Part shown: piece after piece, positions 25,739-38,586 of the stretch | How positions within the stretch are numbered: position 1 is the stretch's first letter | Layout of the letters: each line of letters starts with the position of its first letter | DNA from: Octopus vulgaris | Taxonomy: Eukaryota | Length of the DNA: 64,000 bases | Assembly (NCBI GenBank): GCA_951406725.2 | Contig: OX597824.1 | Span: forward strand, 99,510,001 to 99,574,000 | Direction of reading: 5' to 3' | Translations under genes and position numbers: made by a program | The notes under the pieces: model-generated | The model's input: the letters and a program-made list of their open reading frames with translations, nothing else | Told to the model about the DNA's origin: nothing | Databases searched by the model: none

Positions 25739-25897
25739 TCAAGTATCACAGACTACAGTGAAGACTTGATCAGTCAAGTCAGTCAAATATCACAGACCAC
25801 AATAAAAACTTGGTCAGTCAAATCAATCACATATCACAGACCACAATAAAGACTTATTTACTCAAATCAATCAAATATCACAGACTACAGTGAAGAA
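25739..25897 (+). repeat. Minisatellite, 44-bp unit, about 3.6 copies
   Basis: tcaa(g/a)tatcacagac(t/c)aca(g/a)t(g/a)aagacttg.tcagtcaaatcaa repeated head to tail. Confidence 0.85.
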
Positions 25898-27201
25898 TGA
25901 TGGGCAACAGAAGTGGTGCAGAGGAGAGGGGGTGATGGCTGGCAGCAGAGCAGGAGAAAGCTGGAGTGTAAAAGGATGTAGGTGATCCAATGTTGCCTCC
26001 TATATAATGGATGACTACTTCAGAATGAAGTAGATGATATGGTCAGCACAGGTAGTAGAGAGACGTGAGGGATACTGTAAGTGATAAAGAGATGGCTGAA
26101 AGAAGATGAGACGAGCAGTAGGTTAATATATGTATGCGGAGACACGTATAGGCTTTTGATTCCTGGACTAAGAGGTGCATTGTGCTTTTGGGAATAGCAG
26201 TTCGTTTCACATTACTCTGTGACTACATTGACATCTGACATGTGGCACTCTGTGTTCCTGTAAAGGCAATATTGATTTGATGGCGGGTGTGAGCTGGTAC
26301 ACAGCATAATCCATTGGTCACTATAAACAAATCATTCGTGCACATTGTTCAGCAGGAGGCTGTGGAGCACTCATCTGTCATCTATGACAAGAGAGTTCAC
26401 CATGTACATGCATACATACACACACACACACACACATATATATGCATATATACATACATGCATACATACATACATATATATGTATATACACATGCATATA
26501 TGGGTACAGGACTTGAAAAAAAAACGTAAACAACATGAAAAATGAGAACATGAAATACAAAAACATGGAAAACGAACTTTTTTTTTGCGAAGAACGAAAG
26601 AAACAAATGGAAAAACAAGACAAGCAGCATAAAGAACAATCCCTTCATCTGTTGTCGGCTGTTTTATCTACTCCGCATTTCGAACATTAGGACAAGATGC
26701 GTCTTCGTCAAAACAGTTGTTGCAGAGGGTGAAAGTTGGTAACAAAAACAGGACAGAGAAAACAAACGGTAAGGGCTGTTTAGCCATAACGCATGTGTAA
26801 ATGCCTTTATTTATTCATGCCGGAAGTTTCGATGCGAACCTTTCAGAGTGTTTGGGAGTCAACCGACGGATAGAGGATTCAGTAAGAGTTGGATTTCATT
26901 TAGCTTTTTGATCAGCCGTTCTGTATATTTGTGTTTATATTTTTTGCATATATATTTTTACCTTCTGTGTTTTTTGTCAATGTATATTTGTTATATGTTT
27001 AAGAACCATGGTAGTATTTATATACGATCAAATGTTTGGGAGTTGATGTTTGTTCTATGATCAATGTTTCTTTATCTCTGTCTCAATTACATTTGAGCAA
27101 TTCTTTTTTGTAGTCCTATAAACCTTTCTTTTTCCATAAAAAGAGACAAAAATTATTTCTTGTCGTATATGTATACATATATACATACATACATATACAA
27201 A

Positions 27202-28490
27202 CAGGGTGTGGTGAATAAATTGTCGTCTAAATTATGCAAAAATGAAAATAACACTAACATCTCATTTTAACAGATATATTTACCAAAATTATATAATAAA
27301 AGGATCTCGAAATATTAAAGAGTAAATTTATTCAATAAAATCGCCATTGGCTTCAACCATGGTCTCCAGACGACTTCGGAATCTCCTGCAACTTTCCTAG
27401 AAAGTCTCCTTGTTTAAGTTGGTGAATGCTGCCAATAACTCTTGCCTTCAGTTCATCTTTGGTATTACAAGGAGTTTTGTTGATTTCTCACTCAAATGTA
27501 CCCCACACATTTGCAGTCGAGGGTGTTAAGTGGCCAGATGTTAGGGGTGATGTGGTTGCAGAAATTGTCTGACAGCCATACTTGGGTTTTCCTGCTTGTG
27601 TGGCATGGTGCAGAGTCCTGTTGCCAGACATAGGGTCTTCCAGCAGCCACCTTCTTGACCTAGGACAGCACTACCTCCTCCAGCCACTTGATGTAGGCTC
27701 CCGTATTGAATCTGAGGCCGTGTGGGAAGATGAATGGAGGCATAACATCGCCATTACTAACGATCACTCCAAACATCATGATGCTGACTGGATGTTCGAT
27801 TTTTATCACTCTCAGTCCATGTTTCGAGGACATGCCAAGCCAACGGTTGTTCTGTGTGTTCACCATCTGATCCTAGCAGATATTATTCTCATCCGAGAAA
27901 AACTAAAGCATGTTCGGTTGAGGGGGATGCTTGAGTTTGTTCAAAAGCTTTGTAGTACGGTTCTCTCTCCTCCCCTCCTCAGGGTCCTTGATGGCTTAGG
28001 ATAAAAATCGGCCTTTTCTCAACTTGTATGAGGAATACCAAATGTCTTCATGTTCTACCTGCCTGATAAAAGAGCCAGACACTTCCATGTCCCTGATTGA
28101 CTTGGGAGGGATGGTTGTCAATCATGGCCTGGATCTCACCAATAAATTCAGGAGTTCTTTTTAGAATGATCAGAGTGAGTTTTCCGAGCTGCCCCACCTT
28201 CATAATCACCATTAGATTCATCCAACTCTTTCTGAATCGTCTGCCCTCTCCTTAGATTCACACCCAAACACTCTGAAATGTCCGTATTGGAGCTTCCAGC
28301 ATAAATGCCAAGCGCTACAGCACATGCTTTCCAAATTTCTGGCAGAATGAATGGTGTCATGGAACTGTTTTTCTCACAGATAGGACCCAACTCACTCTAC
28401 TATACAGTGTAGTCAGCAAAATCAAAAACAGTGTGTATGTGCAAAATTAAAAAAAATATGAAATAGCAACAGTTTACCCATTGCACCCTG
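27202..28490 (-). mobile_element. Tc1/mariner superfamily element, maT (DD37D)-like, decayed
   Basis: CAGGGTG...CACCCTG termini, TA on the right flank. NTQNNRW...HPVSIMMFGVIVSNGDVMPPFIFPHGLRFNTGAYIKWLEEVV fragment. Confidence 0.8.
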
Positions 28491-28538
28491 TATTTATATC
28501 TATCTATCTGTCTATATATATATATATATATATCTGTC

Positions 28539-28580
<42 letters not shown>

Positions 28581-29531
28581 GATAGATAGATATAAATAGA
28601 GGTTAAAATAACCACCTTAAGGGATAGAAAATATGTAATGAATTACTGGTTTGTTAGCTATCATTTTGTTGTGACTAGCAATATTCCTAAAATAATAGAT
28701 TTAAGTATAAATTTTCGTTTATAAATATTCAAATTAAAATCCAGAAAATATTTTGTCTCTTCTCAATCGATACCAATTTTTTGATTGGGGTGAAAGAATT
28801 ATGTTTTACAATTTACGTATATTTTGTTTCCATACATGTAATTCTTGATTATAAACATATGAATAAGTTTGTGTATATAGTATGTACGTGTATAAGTATA
28901 TAGGAAACTACGGTAAATGTAATTGTTTTCTTAAAATTATGTATTAATGCATAAGCATGTGTGTAGATACATGAATGAGTATGTGTATATGTGTATGTAT
29001 ATATATACATATATACATATATTAAAAAAAATTATGTGAAAATACTGTATACATACATATCTATAGCCACTATTTGTGTACGTGTATCTTACGTGTGTAT
29101 ATGCGTATGTATGTTTACATATATGCATATATTGTTACTTATATGTATATATTATTACTTATAAGTGTATATCTTGAATATGTATGCATGCATATATAAG
29201 TGTATGTGTATGTAAGTACATGTGTGTGTGTGTATACATACATACACACACATTTATATATATATGCACATATATACATACGTACGTACGTATGTATATA
29301 TGTGCACTGTGTATATATAAGATTGAGGTCCTTTCTGACTATGATTATTTTATACGTTATCTATTTTTTATAGCAAGTCAATCAATTTCTTAAACAAATT
29401 ATAAAAGTAATCACTAATTTATTCTCTCATTCATTTGATACTATTTTTACTGTAGCTCACAATCTAACCTTTATTTACCAATTATTACGATTATACAACT
29501 TATTACCCGCTGGCCAAAGTTTATACCAATA

Positions 29532-30650
29532 CTAGCAGAGAAACCCGCCGTTGCTCGGGATTAAAATAGCATAGTTTGTATGTAATATATAATAACAGCT
29601 ATGGTGAAACAGGTGATATGGGAAAGTGCAGCATTGACAACAAAACATTTGTGGAGTAAATGATGGGCCAATTCGACTAAGCAACATGCTATGCGTCTGT
29701 TTGGAGTATTTCAGGCCCTAACCTGTCGGGGTTATGTGATTTTTGAATGCACCGCGAAGCTGTCAGTGGATATACTCTCTTTTGCAGCAGTTGGCGCTGT
29801 GTCTAACACAACTCATCATCTGAAATGATGACACCTCCTTTGGGTTTGTTTTTTCTACATCACTCATAAAGTAAATTTGGAGAAACTGTGGTTGTTCATT
29901 TGTGGGTGACAAGGAACCAATGAGGTGATAGACTTGCCCTTGAACTTTGACGTCGTCGTAAATTCATGTTTATCTATCTTCTTAGATGCACCAAACAATG
30001 TCATTTACAGAGTTGTATTGTCTGATATTGTTCAGAAAATCCTTTGACTAGATGGAAATGCCTTCTAGAAGATCCATAAAAGGTTGAGAAGGAGCTGGTA
30101 GTGCTGGCAATCTTACCTGGCCGCCTGAGCAGCACATGCCATTTGTTTCATTTGAAAATTTGAAAGCTCTACAGAAAAAGATAATTTGTGTTTAGCACAC
30201 CAATTTGGACAGAGTTATCGTTTTTATAAGAATGGGATGGATCATATCTGAAAAGAGCTTCAGGAGTTGTGAAGAACGAATTTGTACGTAGTCTGTTTCT
30301 GAGAGCTTAACTATAGGACCTCTGTCTAATCATTAAAACATTAATTTAATGATCCAACATTAAGTGATGCAACATGCATTTGCTGATGTTGAGAAAATCT
30401 CATCTAGCTTCTCTCTTCAGACTCTCACCTTCAGTTTTCTACAATCCTCCTTGCTTTATACTTGTTTCTGGAGAGATTACATATTTTCTTTGGTGGCATA
30501 ATTTCTCAATATTGTAAACAAAAAGTTATGAACATAGAAAGAAATTATGCATTAATCTCTATTTTTGTAAGCAGTTGTATCCATAAAAATTTTATTTCAA
30601 GAGAGCAGAAATTGAAAGAAGATAAAGCAAAAAGAACAGAGAAAGAAAGT
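29532..30650 (-). mobile_element. Helitron deletion derivative (N-terminal Rep-side remnant)
   Basis: 3' end cccgagcaacggcggg hairpin then CTAG|T at 29532. Coding relic ETNGMCCSGGQVRLP...FLNNIRQYNS...GQVYHLIGSL. 5' boundary approximate. Confidence 0.8.
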
Positions 30651-30699
30651 GAAAGATGTATGTACGTCTACATGAAATGGACGTGTGTGTGTGTGGCAT

Positions 30700-31300
30700 G
30701 GGTTGGATGGTTTGACTGAAGTCTGGAGAGCCAGTGGCTGCACCAGGCTCTAATCTGATCTGCCAAAGTTAATACAGCTGGATGCCCTTCCTAACACTGA
30801 CCACTCCGAGAGTGTAGTAGGTGCTTTTTATGGGCCACCGGCACAGGAGCCCATCAGGTGGGCCTGACATCAATCATGTTCAGATAGTGCTTTTTACATG
30901 CCACTAGCATGGGAGCCAGTCAGAGGGTACTGGCATTGGCCACATTCGGTTGGTGCTGCTTATGTGCCACCGGTACAGGAACCAGTCAGGGGTTACTGGC
31001 ATTGGCCACATTCTGATGGTGTTTTTTACGTGGTCCTGGCATGAATCACATTCAGATAGTGCTTTTTATGTGCCACCAACATGGGAGCCAATCAAGGGGT
31101 ACTGGCATCAGCCATGTTCGGATGGTGCTTTTTACATGCCACGACACAGGAGCTAGTCAGGCAGACCTGGCATTGACCACATTTGGATGGTGCTTTTTAT
31201 ATGCCACTGGCATGGGAGCCAGTCGGGGGTCACTGGTCACAGCTATGATATTGGTTTTACTTGATTCAACAGGTCTTCTCAAGCATATCATATCGCCCGA
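30700..31300 (-). repeat. RTE-associated 3' repeat with internal tandem array of about 70-bp units
   Basis: About six units of ggtgctttttatgtgccaccggcacaggagccagtcaggggtactggcattggccacattcggat. The same family's terminal module recurs at about 1700, 3850, 23200, 49400, 57720, 61230, 62830 and 63790. Confidence 0.75.
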
Positions 31301-31348
31301 TGTATGTATATCTATCTAACTATCTACATATGATGATGATGATGATGA

Positions 31349-31392
<44 letters not shown>

Positions 31393-31589
31393 TATGAGAG
31401 GTTTTGGTATCCATAAGATCCAAAAGCAGTTAAGGCTATGTAAGTGCTATAGAAGAACTGCTGTTAGACTCCCGGTTCGATAATAGTATGAATGAGGAGT
31501 CTAATGCGGGTTGTGTGTGAGCTAAATAAAATGAGACAACAAAGCCAAGGTAGTGTGAAATTCCTAGGACATTTATAAAGAGAAAGGTA

Positions 31590-31637
31590 GTCGTATAGCT
31601 GTTTCAGGGTTATAAAAGTTATCCCATCATCAGAGAC
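31590..31637 (-). ncRNA. Minimal hammerhead ribozyme-like motif, slightly decayed
   Basis: gtct CTGATGA tggg...ccct GAAA cagcta TA cgac. The opposite arm has ctgatgatg-gaaaacagttgtaagac with stem II deleted (about 31797-31822). Confidence 0.55.
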
Positions 31638-31885
31638 AATATGAGAGAGTTAAATAGAAGGAAAATTTAGAGTTCAATATAAGAAGTCATTTTGGAAAGG
31701 GAGAGATATATGATTAAAAAGGGAAATATAAGAATATTTTTTTTTTATTCTCATATTTCCCTTTATACTTCCTTCTATTTAATTTCCTCATCGTTTCTGA
31801 TGATGGAAAACAGTTGTAAGACCACTTTGTAAAATGTTCTAGAAATTTCACACTGCCTTGGCTTTATTGTCTCATTTATTTAACC

Positions 31886-31917
<32 letters not shown>

Positions 31918-32639
31918 TGTGTGTGTGTATGTATGTATACCATCATCATCATTTTATGTCTACATTCCATGCTGGCATGGATAAGATGGATTGTCATGCT
32001 TGGAGTGAACAAATAGTTGGTGCTTGTTTTCACATAAATGGGTCAAAGAACCTCATCTTTTTGAATTTTTGGCTTGGTTTTTATGGGTTTTTTTTATGGT
32101 TGGATTTGCTTCCTAATTTCAGCCACTTGACAGACTGGACCGAGTGGATGTTTTCATGGCACCAATGCTAATGAGATAGTCATGTTGACAAGACTTAAGG
32201 GCTCTCATAACCTCAGGAGGTACTGGGTACTCTTTTTGGACTCTAGCACTAGAAAGGTAACTATGCCCTTGGCACAACTAAAGGAAGTTCAGAGCCCCAC
32301 ATTTCTGCTTGCTCACAAGCATTTTTATTTAGTGAAAAGTATGAGTGATAGAGAGATATGTGATGGGGGAACTGGAGTGATGGGTGCAGTCAATGTTCTG
32401 AGACAAGTATTTATATTCAAAGCAATGTGACTGAGATAGCTGCATACAATAGTGGTCTGTGTAACCCAGGGAACAGGGATGTGACTGAGGTCAAAGATGT
32501 GTAGGAAAAAGGGAACTAGAATATATTGTCAAGCGATATGGGGTAATGACAAGCAATATAGGAGGAAGAGGAGGTGAAGGAGGAGTGAACTGGACACAAG
32601 AGGTTCAAAGTATATGGGGTATAAGATGGAGTGGAGGGG

Positions 32640-34230
32640 TTGAATAATGAGTGTTCAAGTGGAGGATATGGAAAGTAGGTGTCTCTTGTGCAGTGAACAA
32701 CACCAAAAGAAGGATGGGAAGACAGTCAGAATAGGTAAAGTGGCATTCTTAGTTGATTTTCAAAGGGATATTTATATCTGCAGGACAGCTGACCACTATG
32801 ATGATACATACCTTTGTCCCTCTGTCCCAAATGACAATATCCACCCTGTTATGTTTACATTTGACAGAAGTTTTGATGGGAATATTCCATTAGTATTACT
32901 TGAGTTGGTGTTTATGAATGTATCCCATAACAGAGGGATTTTCTAAGTTTATTTCAAGACAGTCTTTTTTGCATATGTATGTATATATTCTATTAGTGAT
33001 AATACAATCACTCTTTGTGTTTAATTTCAAGATAGTGGGCCATGATGAAGTCAGGTTAGCTATGGCTTTGACTATGGTTAGTGGAACTTCAGCAAGTTGA
33101 AGGGCTTCTAGTATTCATAAGAGGGGAACAGAGTCAAAGGCTTTCTTGTAGTCTAGCCAAATTGAAACTAAGTTCCTTCTATGCTCCTGCACCTCTGATA
33201 TCTCAGTTTTGTTAATTAACAATTGCTTGGCACATACTAGGACTCTCATCTTCCCATCTACCTGTAATGATGTTATTGGTTTCCCAATGGCCTTGCAGAA
33301 AGAGGTTTCAGCATGCTTTATATATCTTATTAAGTTCTGGCATGCAATTGGCCAGTAGTTTTTTTTGCCATGGGGGATCAATTTGCATTTCTCTGCCAGA
33401 GCTAACCAGTGTGGTTTGCTACTGTTCCCAATGAGAGCTTGTTGGTCCAGATTGATAAGATATGGTCAGTAGAAGGTTAGCTTCTTGTACCAATATCCAA
33501 CAATCAAGTCTCTTGCAGGTGCTTTTCTATCCTGAAGTTTCTGGATCACAGTTACAAGGGTATCACCATCAATGCTGTATACCTTGGGTGTAATGTAGGG
33601 GCAATAACTTCTTCGGGTTTCTCCCAGTCACAGAGCATCTTGGTTAAACTCCTTCTCCTCACTCCAGATTTTCCTCCAGAAGGAGTCCATGTTTTCTCAT
33701 GGGGGAGCTTCTGTGATGTTCACTGATTCTCCTCTCATGTCTCTGCATACCATTGACTGGTTCTGGTCAAATTTTTTATTTATTGTTCTTCTCTCAGTTA
33801 TTCTCTTCTGATGTCAGAGTTTTTCACTCACAGATTTTACTTCCTACTTGAGGGTAATCAGTTTGCAAGTGAGTGTCCTCTTTTTGCTATCTCCAAATAT
33901 CACTTCTGTCTCCTTCTTCACGTTTTGTTGGTGAGATGTATAATGATTTGCTTGCTTGCATGCAATAAGCATCATCACATGAAAGCTATCTTTTTGTCTG
34001 TCTTCAAAACCCATGATGGTATTTTCTTTGCCTTCAGTTTTGTTCACTTTTTGAATGTCATTCATGCACTGCTTTGCAGTAATAGACAAAACATATATAT
34101 ACTTGCGTTAATCTGCCAGAATGTATGTATGTCCCTTCTAATTTTTAATTATTATAAGTTTTCCACTGAGGAAGGAACCAGTTTCCAACAATGATACAAG
34201 GCTCCATCTTTGGGATGTAGTTAACACAGA
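32640..34230 (-). mobile_element. Decayed R4/Dong-like LINE RT region
   Basis: NYWPIACQNL and QLLINK...HRRNLVSIWLDYKKAFDSVP (33115-33381); frameshifted; boundaries approximate. Confidence 0.7.
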
Positions 34231-34557
34231 CAAATTCACATTTGGAACTTGAGAAAAGTCTTGCATATTTGTACTGTATATATGTATGTATGTATGTATG
34301 CATGCATGTATGTGTATGTATGTAGGTGTGTATGCATGTGTGTGTATGTATGTAGGTGTGTATGTGTGTGTTTATCTATGTGTGTATCTATGTATGTGTG
34401 TGTATGTATGTGTGTGTGTATTTGTATGGCTGTATGCATGTATGTATGTAAGTATTATGTATATGTATCTGTATACATAAAATAAACATAAATATAAAAA
34501 GTAAAACAGACGTAAGAACACATACAAATCCATATAAGGAGAAAGAGAGAAATTTAC

Positions 34558-34731
34558 CTTAGCTTCAAGTTTGCTTAATTCCTCGCCCGTATTTTTGAGA
34601 AGTCCATCCAACTTTAAGAGGACTTTTAGGTTTGGAAGAACATCAACCAAATAAAATCCCTTTGGTCTTTTATCTAGTTGTTTTATAATTTCTTGCATAA
34701 CCCAGTCAAGACATACCAGTTCTGGTTGGTC
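34558..34731 (-). CDS. Adenylate-kinase-like host gene, coding exon
   Basis: Acceptor ctttgtcacttccag, donor AAG|gtaaat; 174 nt, phase 0 to 0. DQPELVCLDWVMQEIIKQLDKRPKGFYLVDVLPNLKVLLKLDGLLKNTGEELSKLEAK aligns by eye with the AK GELVP...KGFLIDGYPR region. Confidence 0.88.
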
Positions 34732-34753
34732 CTGGAAGTGACAAAGATTATAC

Positions 34754-34829
<76 letters not shown>

Positions 34830-34984
34830 GATAATAATAATGATAATAATGATAATAATAATAATGATAATAATAATGATAATAATGATAATGACAATAA
34901 TAATAATGATAATGATAATAATAATGATAATGATAATGATAATAATGATAATAATAACGATAATGATAATAATAATGATAATGA
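34754..34984. repeat. (TAA/TGA)n microsatellite
   Basis: Direct inspection; similar tracts at 38392-38586, 38866-39160, 42963-43345 and 56250-56407. Confidence 0.97.
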
Positions 34985-37900
34985 ATGATTATAGACCAGC
35001 CCAGGGCGGATAAAAACGAAGAGAGGATTGAAAGAGTTAGTATAAGTGATAGGCAAAGTGAAATACGCCCTGAACCAATCATAAACACTAAGACAGATGA
35101 GCATCAAATAGATAAAGAAAGTCACACAAATATTGACCCAACAGAACTACATGAGCTAAAAAATCAAATCATGATTGAATGGCTGAAAATTAAAGAAACC
35201 AGCATGGATGAGCGTGATACACTTCCTAAAATCCGCAACTCTAACCAAAACATGAAAATAATTGGTAAAATCCGGCTTGCACTTAAGGATATAATTTCAG
35301 TTAATGATGTTGATATCACAAACCTCAACCACCTATACTATGCATCCGCGAAAATCTCAACGATCCTATGTGGTGTAAAGATTAGAAAACGGCAACAGTC
35401 CCACAAAAAGCCTTCTTGGCAAGAGCGTCTGCAACAACAAATTAAAATATTTAGATCTGACATTGAATATTTGAAAAACCTTAAGGCTCACAAGATTACC
35501 AAACCTACAAAAACCCAAAAATTACTGAAAAAATACAATATGAAAACTATACTTGATATTGATGCCACCATAGAAACCATCAAACAAAAGGTATCTGCCA
35601 AAGCTGCCCGCATAGCGAGGTATGAAAAGCGTGTTAGATTTTTCAAGGACAACAACATGTTCAAAAATAACACCAAGAATTTTTACCGGAAGATAGGAAA
35701 AACAGCGTTTACTGCAGGGTCTGTACCATCAAAAGAAGAAGTGCAGAGATTTTGGAATAAAATCTGGGCAGAAGAAAAAACACACAACGAAAAGGCCCCC
35801 TGGATTGACAGAATATCTACAGAACTGGACCCCTTAGAAGAGCAAAAGTGGGAGGGTGTCAAGGTAGAAGATATAAGATCTGCTCTCAGGAGGTCAAGCA
35901 AATGGAAGTCTCCAGGAAAGGATAAAATTCCTAACTTCTGGCTGAATGCCTTCCCAGAGAGCCATGAACTGCTAACAGAACTGTACAATGATGTTTTGCA
36001 ACACCCTAGTAGGATGCCTCCTTGGCTAGTTAATGGGTTAACATTCCTGCTTCCAAAAAGTGAAGAAACAAATGAACCAAAAAACTATAGACCCATAACT
36101 TGCTTAACAACTATGTACAAAACACTAACATCTGTCCTGACGGAATATACCTATAGTTTTTTAACAGACAGCAGCATATTCCCTAATGAACAGAAAGGAT
36201 GTAAACGTGGATCCTACGGCTGTAAAGACCAACTACTCATCAATAAGATGATCTTAGAAGATTGTCACAAACGACACAAAAACTTATCAATAGCCTGGAT
36301 AGACTATAAAAAGGCTTTTGATAGCCTACCACATAGCTGGATTAGAAAATGCCTTGAAATGTATAAGATAGCACCAACTCTGCGAAACTTCTTGACTGTA
36401 AGTATGAGATCATGGAGAACCACACTAACTCTGAACAGTGACAGTGAATTCCTAAATGCTGGTGATGTAAAAATTTCGTGTGGCATTTTCCAGGGTGACT
36501 CACTGTCACCACTCCTCTTTTGTTTATCCTTAATACCTCTCTCAAAGCTGCTCAATGACGCGCAGTACGGGTATAAAATGTTTGATAAAAATATAAATCA
36601 TCTCGTTTACATGGATGATTTAAAGCTTTTTGCAAAAAATGATCAACAACTCAAGGGCTTACTAGCGATAGTCAAACAATTCAGTGACGACATCAGAATG
36701 CAATTCGGCCTCGATAAGTGTGCAAAGGCTACCTTTATCAAAGGAAAAATGACAGAAACATCTAACGTTAACCTTGACCAACAGAATGTCATAAAAGAAC
36801 TAGACCCAGCGGAGAGCTACAAGTACCTAGGGATAATTGAAGGGAACGGAATAAGGCATTCAGAGATGAAGGAAAGGATCAGGAGAGAATGTTATCGAAG
36901 AGTGAGAGCAATACTCAAGACAGAGCTGAATGCAAGAAACAGGATCGAAGCAATCAATGCATTAGCTATACCAGTCGTGACTTACAGTTTCAATATTGTT
37001 AACTGGTCAATTACTGAAATATGTCAGCTCGACAGAAAAATAAGGAAACTGTTGACAATGCATAGAATGCACCACCCTAAGGCAGATACAGAACGACTCT
37101 ATCTGCCAAGAAAAGAGGGAGGCCGTGGTCTTTTGCAACTGGCAATAACAATGAAGATTGCTACAATTGGCCTAGACACCTACCTGAAAAACTCTGAGGA
37201 CTGGATGCTAAAACTTGTCTCAAAACATGAAAACAAGAAAGCATCATACTCAGTCACAAAACAGGCAAAGGAATATCTAAGTGAATTCCGAATACAACCA
37301 ATTTCGGAGATAGATATACAAGAAACAAGCACAGAAAAAGCTAGGCGCATGAAAACCCGTGCCAAAACTGCGGCCTTAGATATTCTGAATAATAAATGGC
37401 AAGAAAAACCTCTCTATGGCAAATACCCAAAGAGAGCGAATAATGCAGATATCGACAAAGCCCTGACCCATCAATGGCTAATGGCCTCTGGCTTAAAATC
37501 TGAAACAGAGGGGTTTATCATAGCAGCTCAAGATCAATGCCTACCAACAAGAAACTACCAGGCCAACATATTAAAGATCAGAAGCAGTCCAACGTGTCGT
37601 GTATGCAAGCAACAAAATGAAACCATTGACCATGTGGTCTCCAAGTGCAGTCTTCTAGCGCCTACAGAGTATCTCAACAGGCACGATAGAGCTGCACAAT
37701 ATATTCACTGGGTAATCTGTAAAAACCTGGATTTGCCCCATGAAAAAAACTGGTGGGAACACAAACCACCCCCAGTGCTTGAAAATGACCACATCTCACT
37801 CCTCTGGAACTTCACCATTCAAACTGACAGGAAGATAGATGCAAATAGGCCAGACATCATATTGAAAAACTTCAAACAAAGAACATGCCTCCTCATTGAT

Positions 37901-38392
37901 ATGACTGTCCCAATCGATATAAACGTATCTGTCAAGACCTACCAAAAACTGAGCAAATATAAAGATCTTGAAATAGAAATCAGCAAAATGTGGAAGCTGA
38001 AGACTAAAACAATACCTGTTGTCATAGGTGCCCTGGGAATGATAGCAAAAGGGGCTGATAGCTACCTAACTCAGATACCAGGAAACCCAAAAATGGCAGA
38101 AGTTCAAAAGATAGTGCTCATGGGAACTGCTCATATCCTACGCAAAATACTCTCTATGTAATCTCAAGGTTTAAAACAAACATAATTTTCGGTTTAAAAA
38201 ACAAAAAAAAAAAAAAAAACCTTTTTTTGTTTTTTATTTTTAGACATTCATTAGTACAACATCCCCACCCCTCAAATATATGGCACACAAGGCATAAAAA
38301 CAACATGAAATTCCAACCCTGTTGTATCTTGAGGTCTCTGGGTGAGACTTGGAGCCAACTTGTACAAATATAAAGCAAAAGTCAAACATAGA
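34985..38392 (+). mobile_element. R4/Dong-clade non-LTR retrotransposon, 5'-truncated, with uninterrupted RT+REL ORF (34985-38161)
   Basis: 1058-aa ORF. RT motifs KSPGKDKI, NYRPITCL, WIDYKKAFDS, GIFQGDSLSP, YMDD. CCHC knuckle CRVC...ETIDHVVSKC, then RHD and PDIIL...IDMTVP...KLSKY restriction-like endonuclease. Short 3' UTR, flanked both sides by (TAA)n. Confidence 0.93.
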
Positions 38393-38437
38393 ATAATAAT
38401 AATAATAATAACGATAATAATAATGATAATAATAATG

Positions 38438-38474
<37 letters not shown>

Positions 38475-38586
38475 TAATAATAATGATAATAATGATAATA
38501 ATAATGATAATAATAATAATAATGATAATAATAATAATAATGATAATAATAATAATGATGATAATAATAATAATAATAATAATGAT

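Noticed and set aside
25739-25897. CRISPR-like array
   Set aside because: Contiguous tandem units with no unique spacers, eukaryotic context, no cas genes.
26665-26712. Hammerhead-like motif on minus (ttgacga...cgaaa tgcggag ta)
   Set aside because: Core C3 is missing and stems I and III do not pair convincingly; too degenerate to call.
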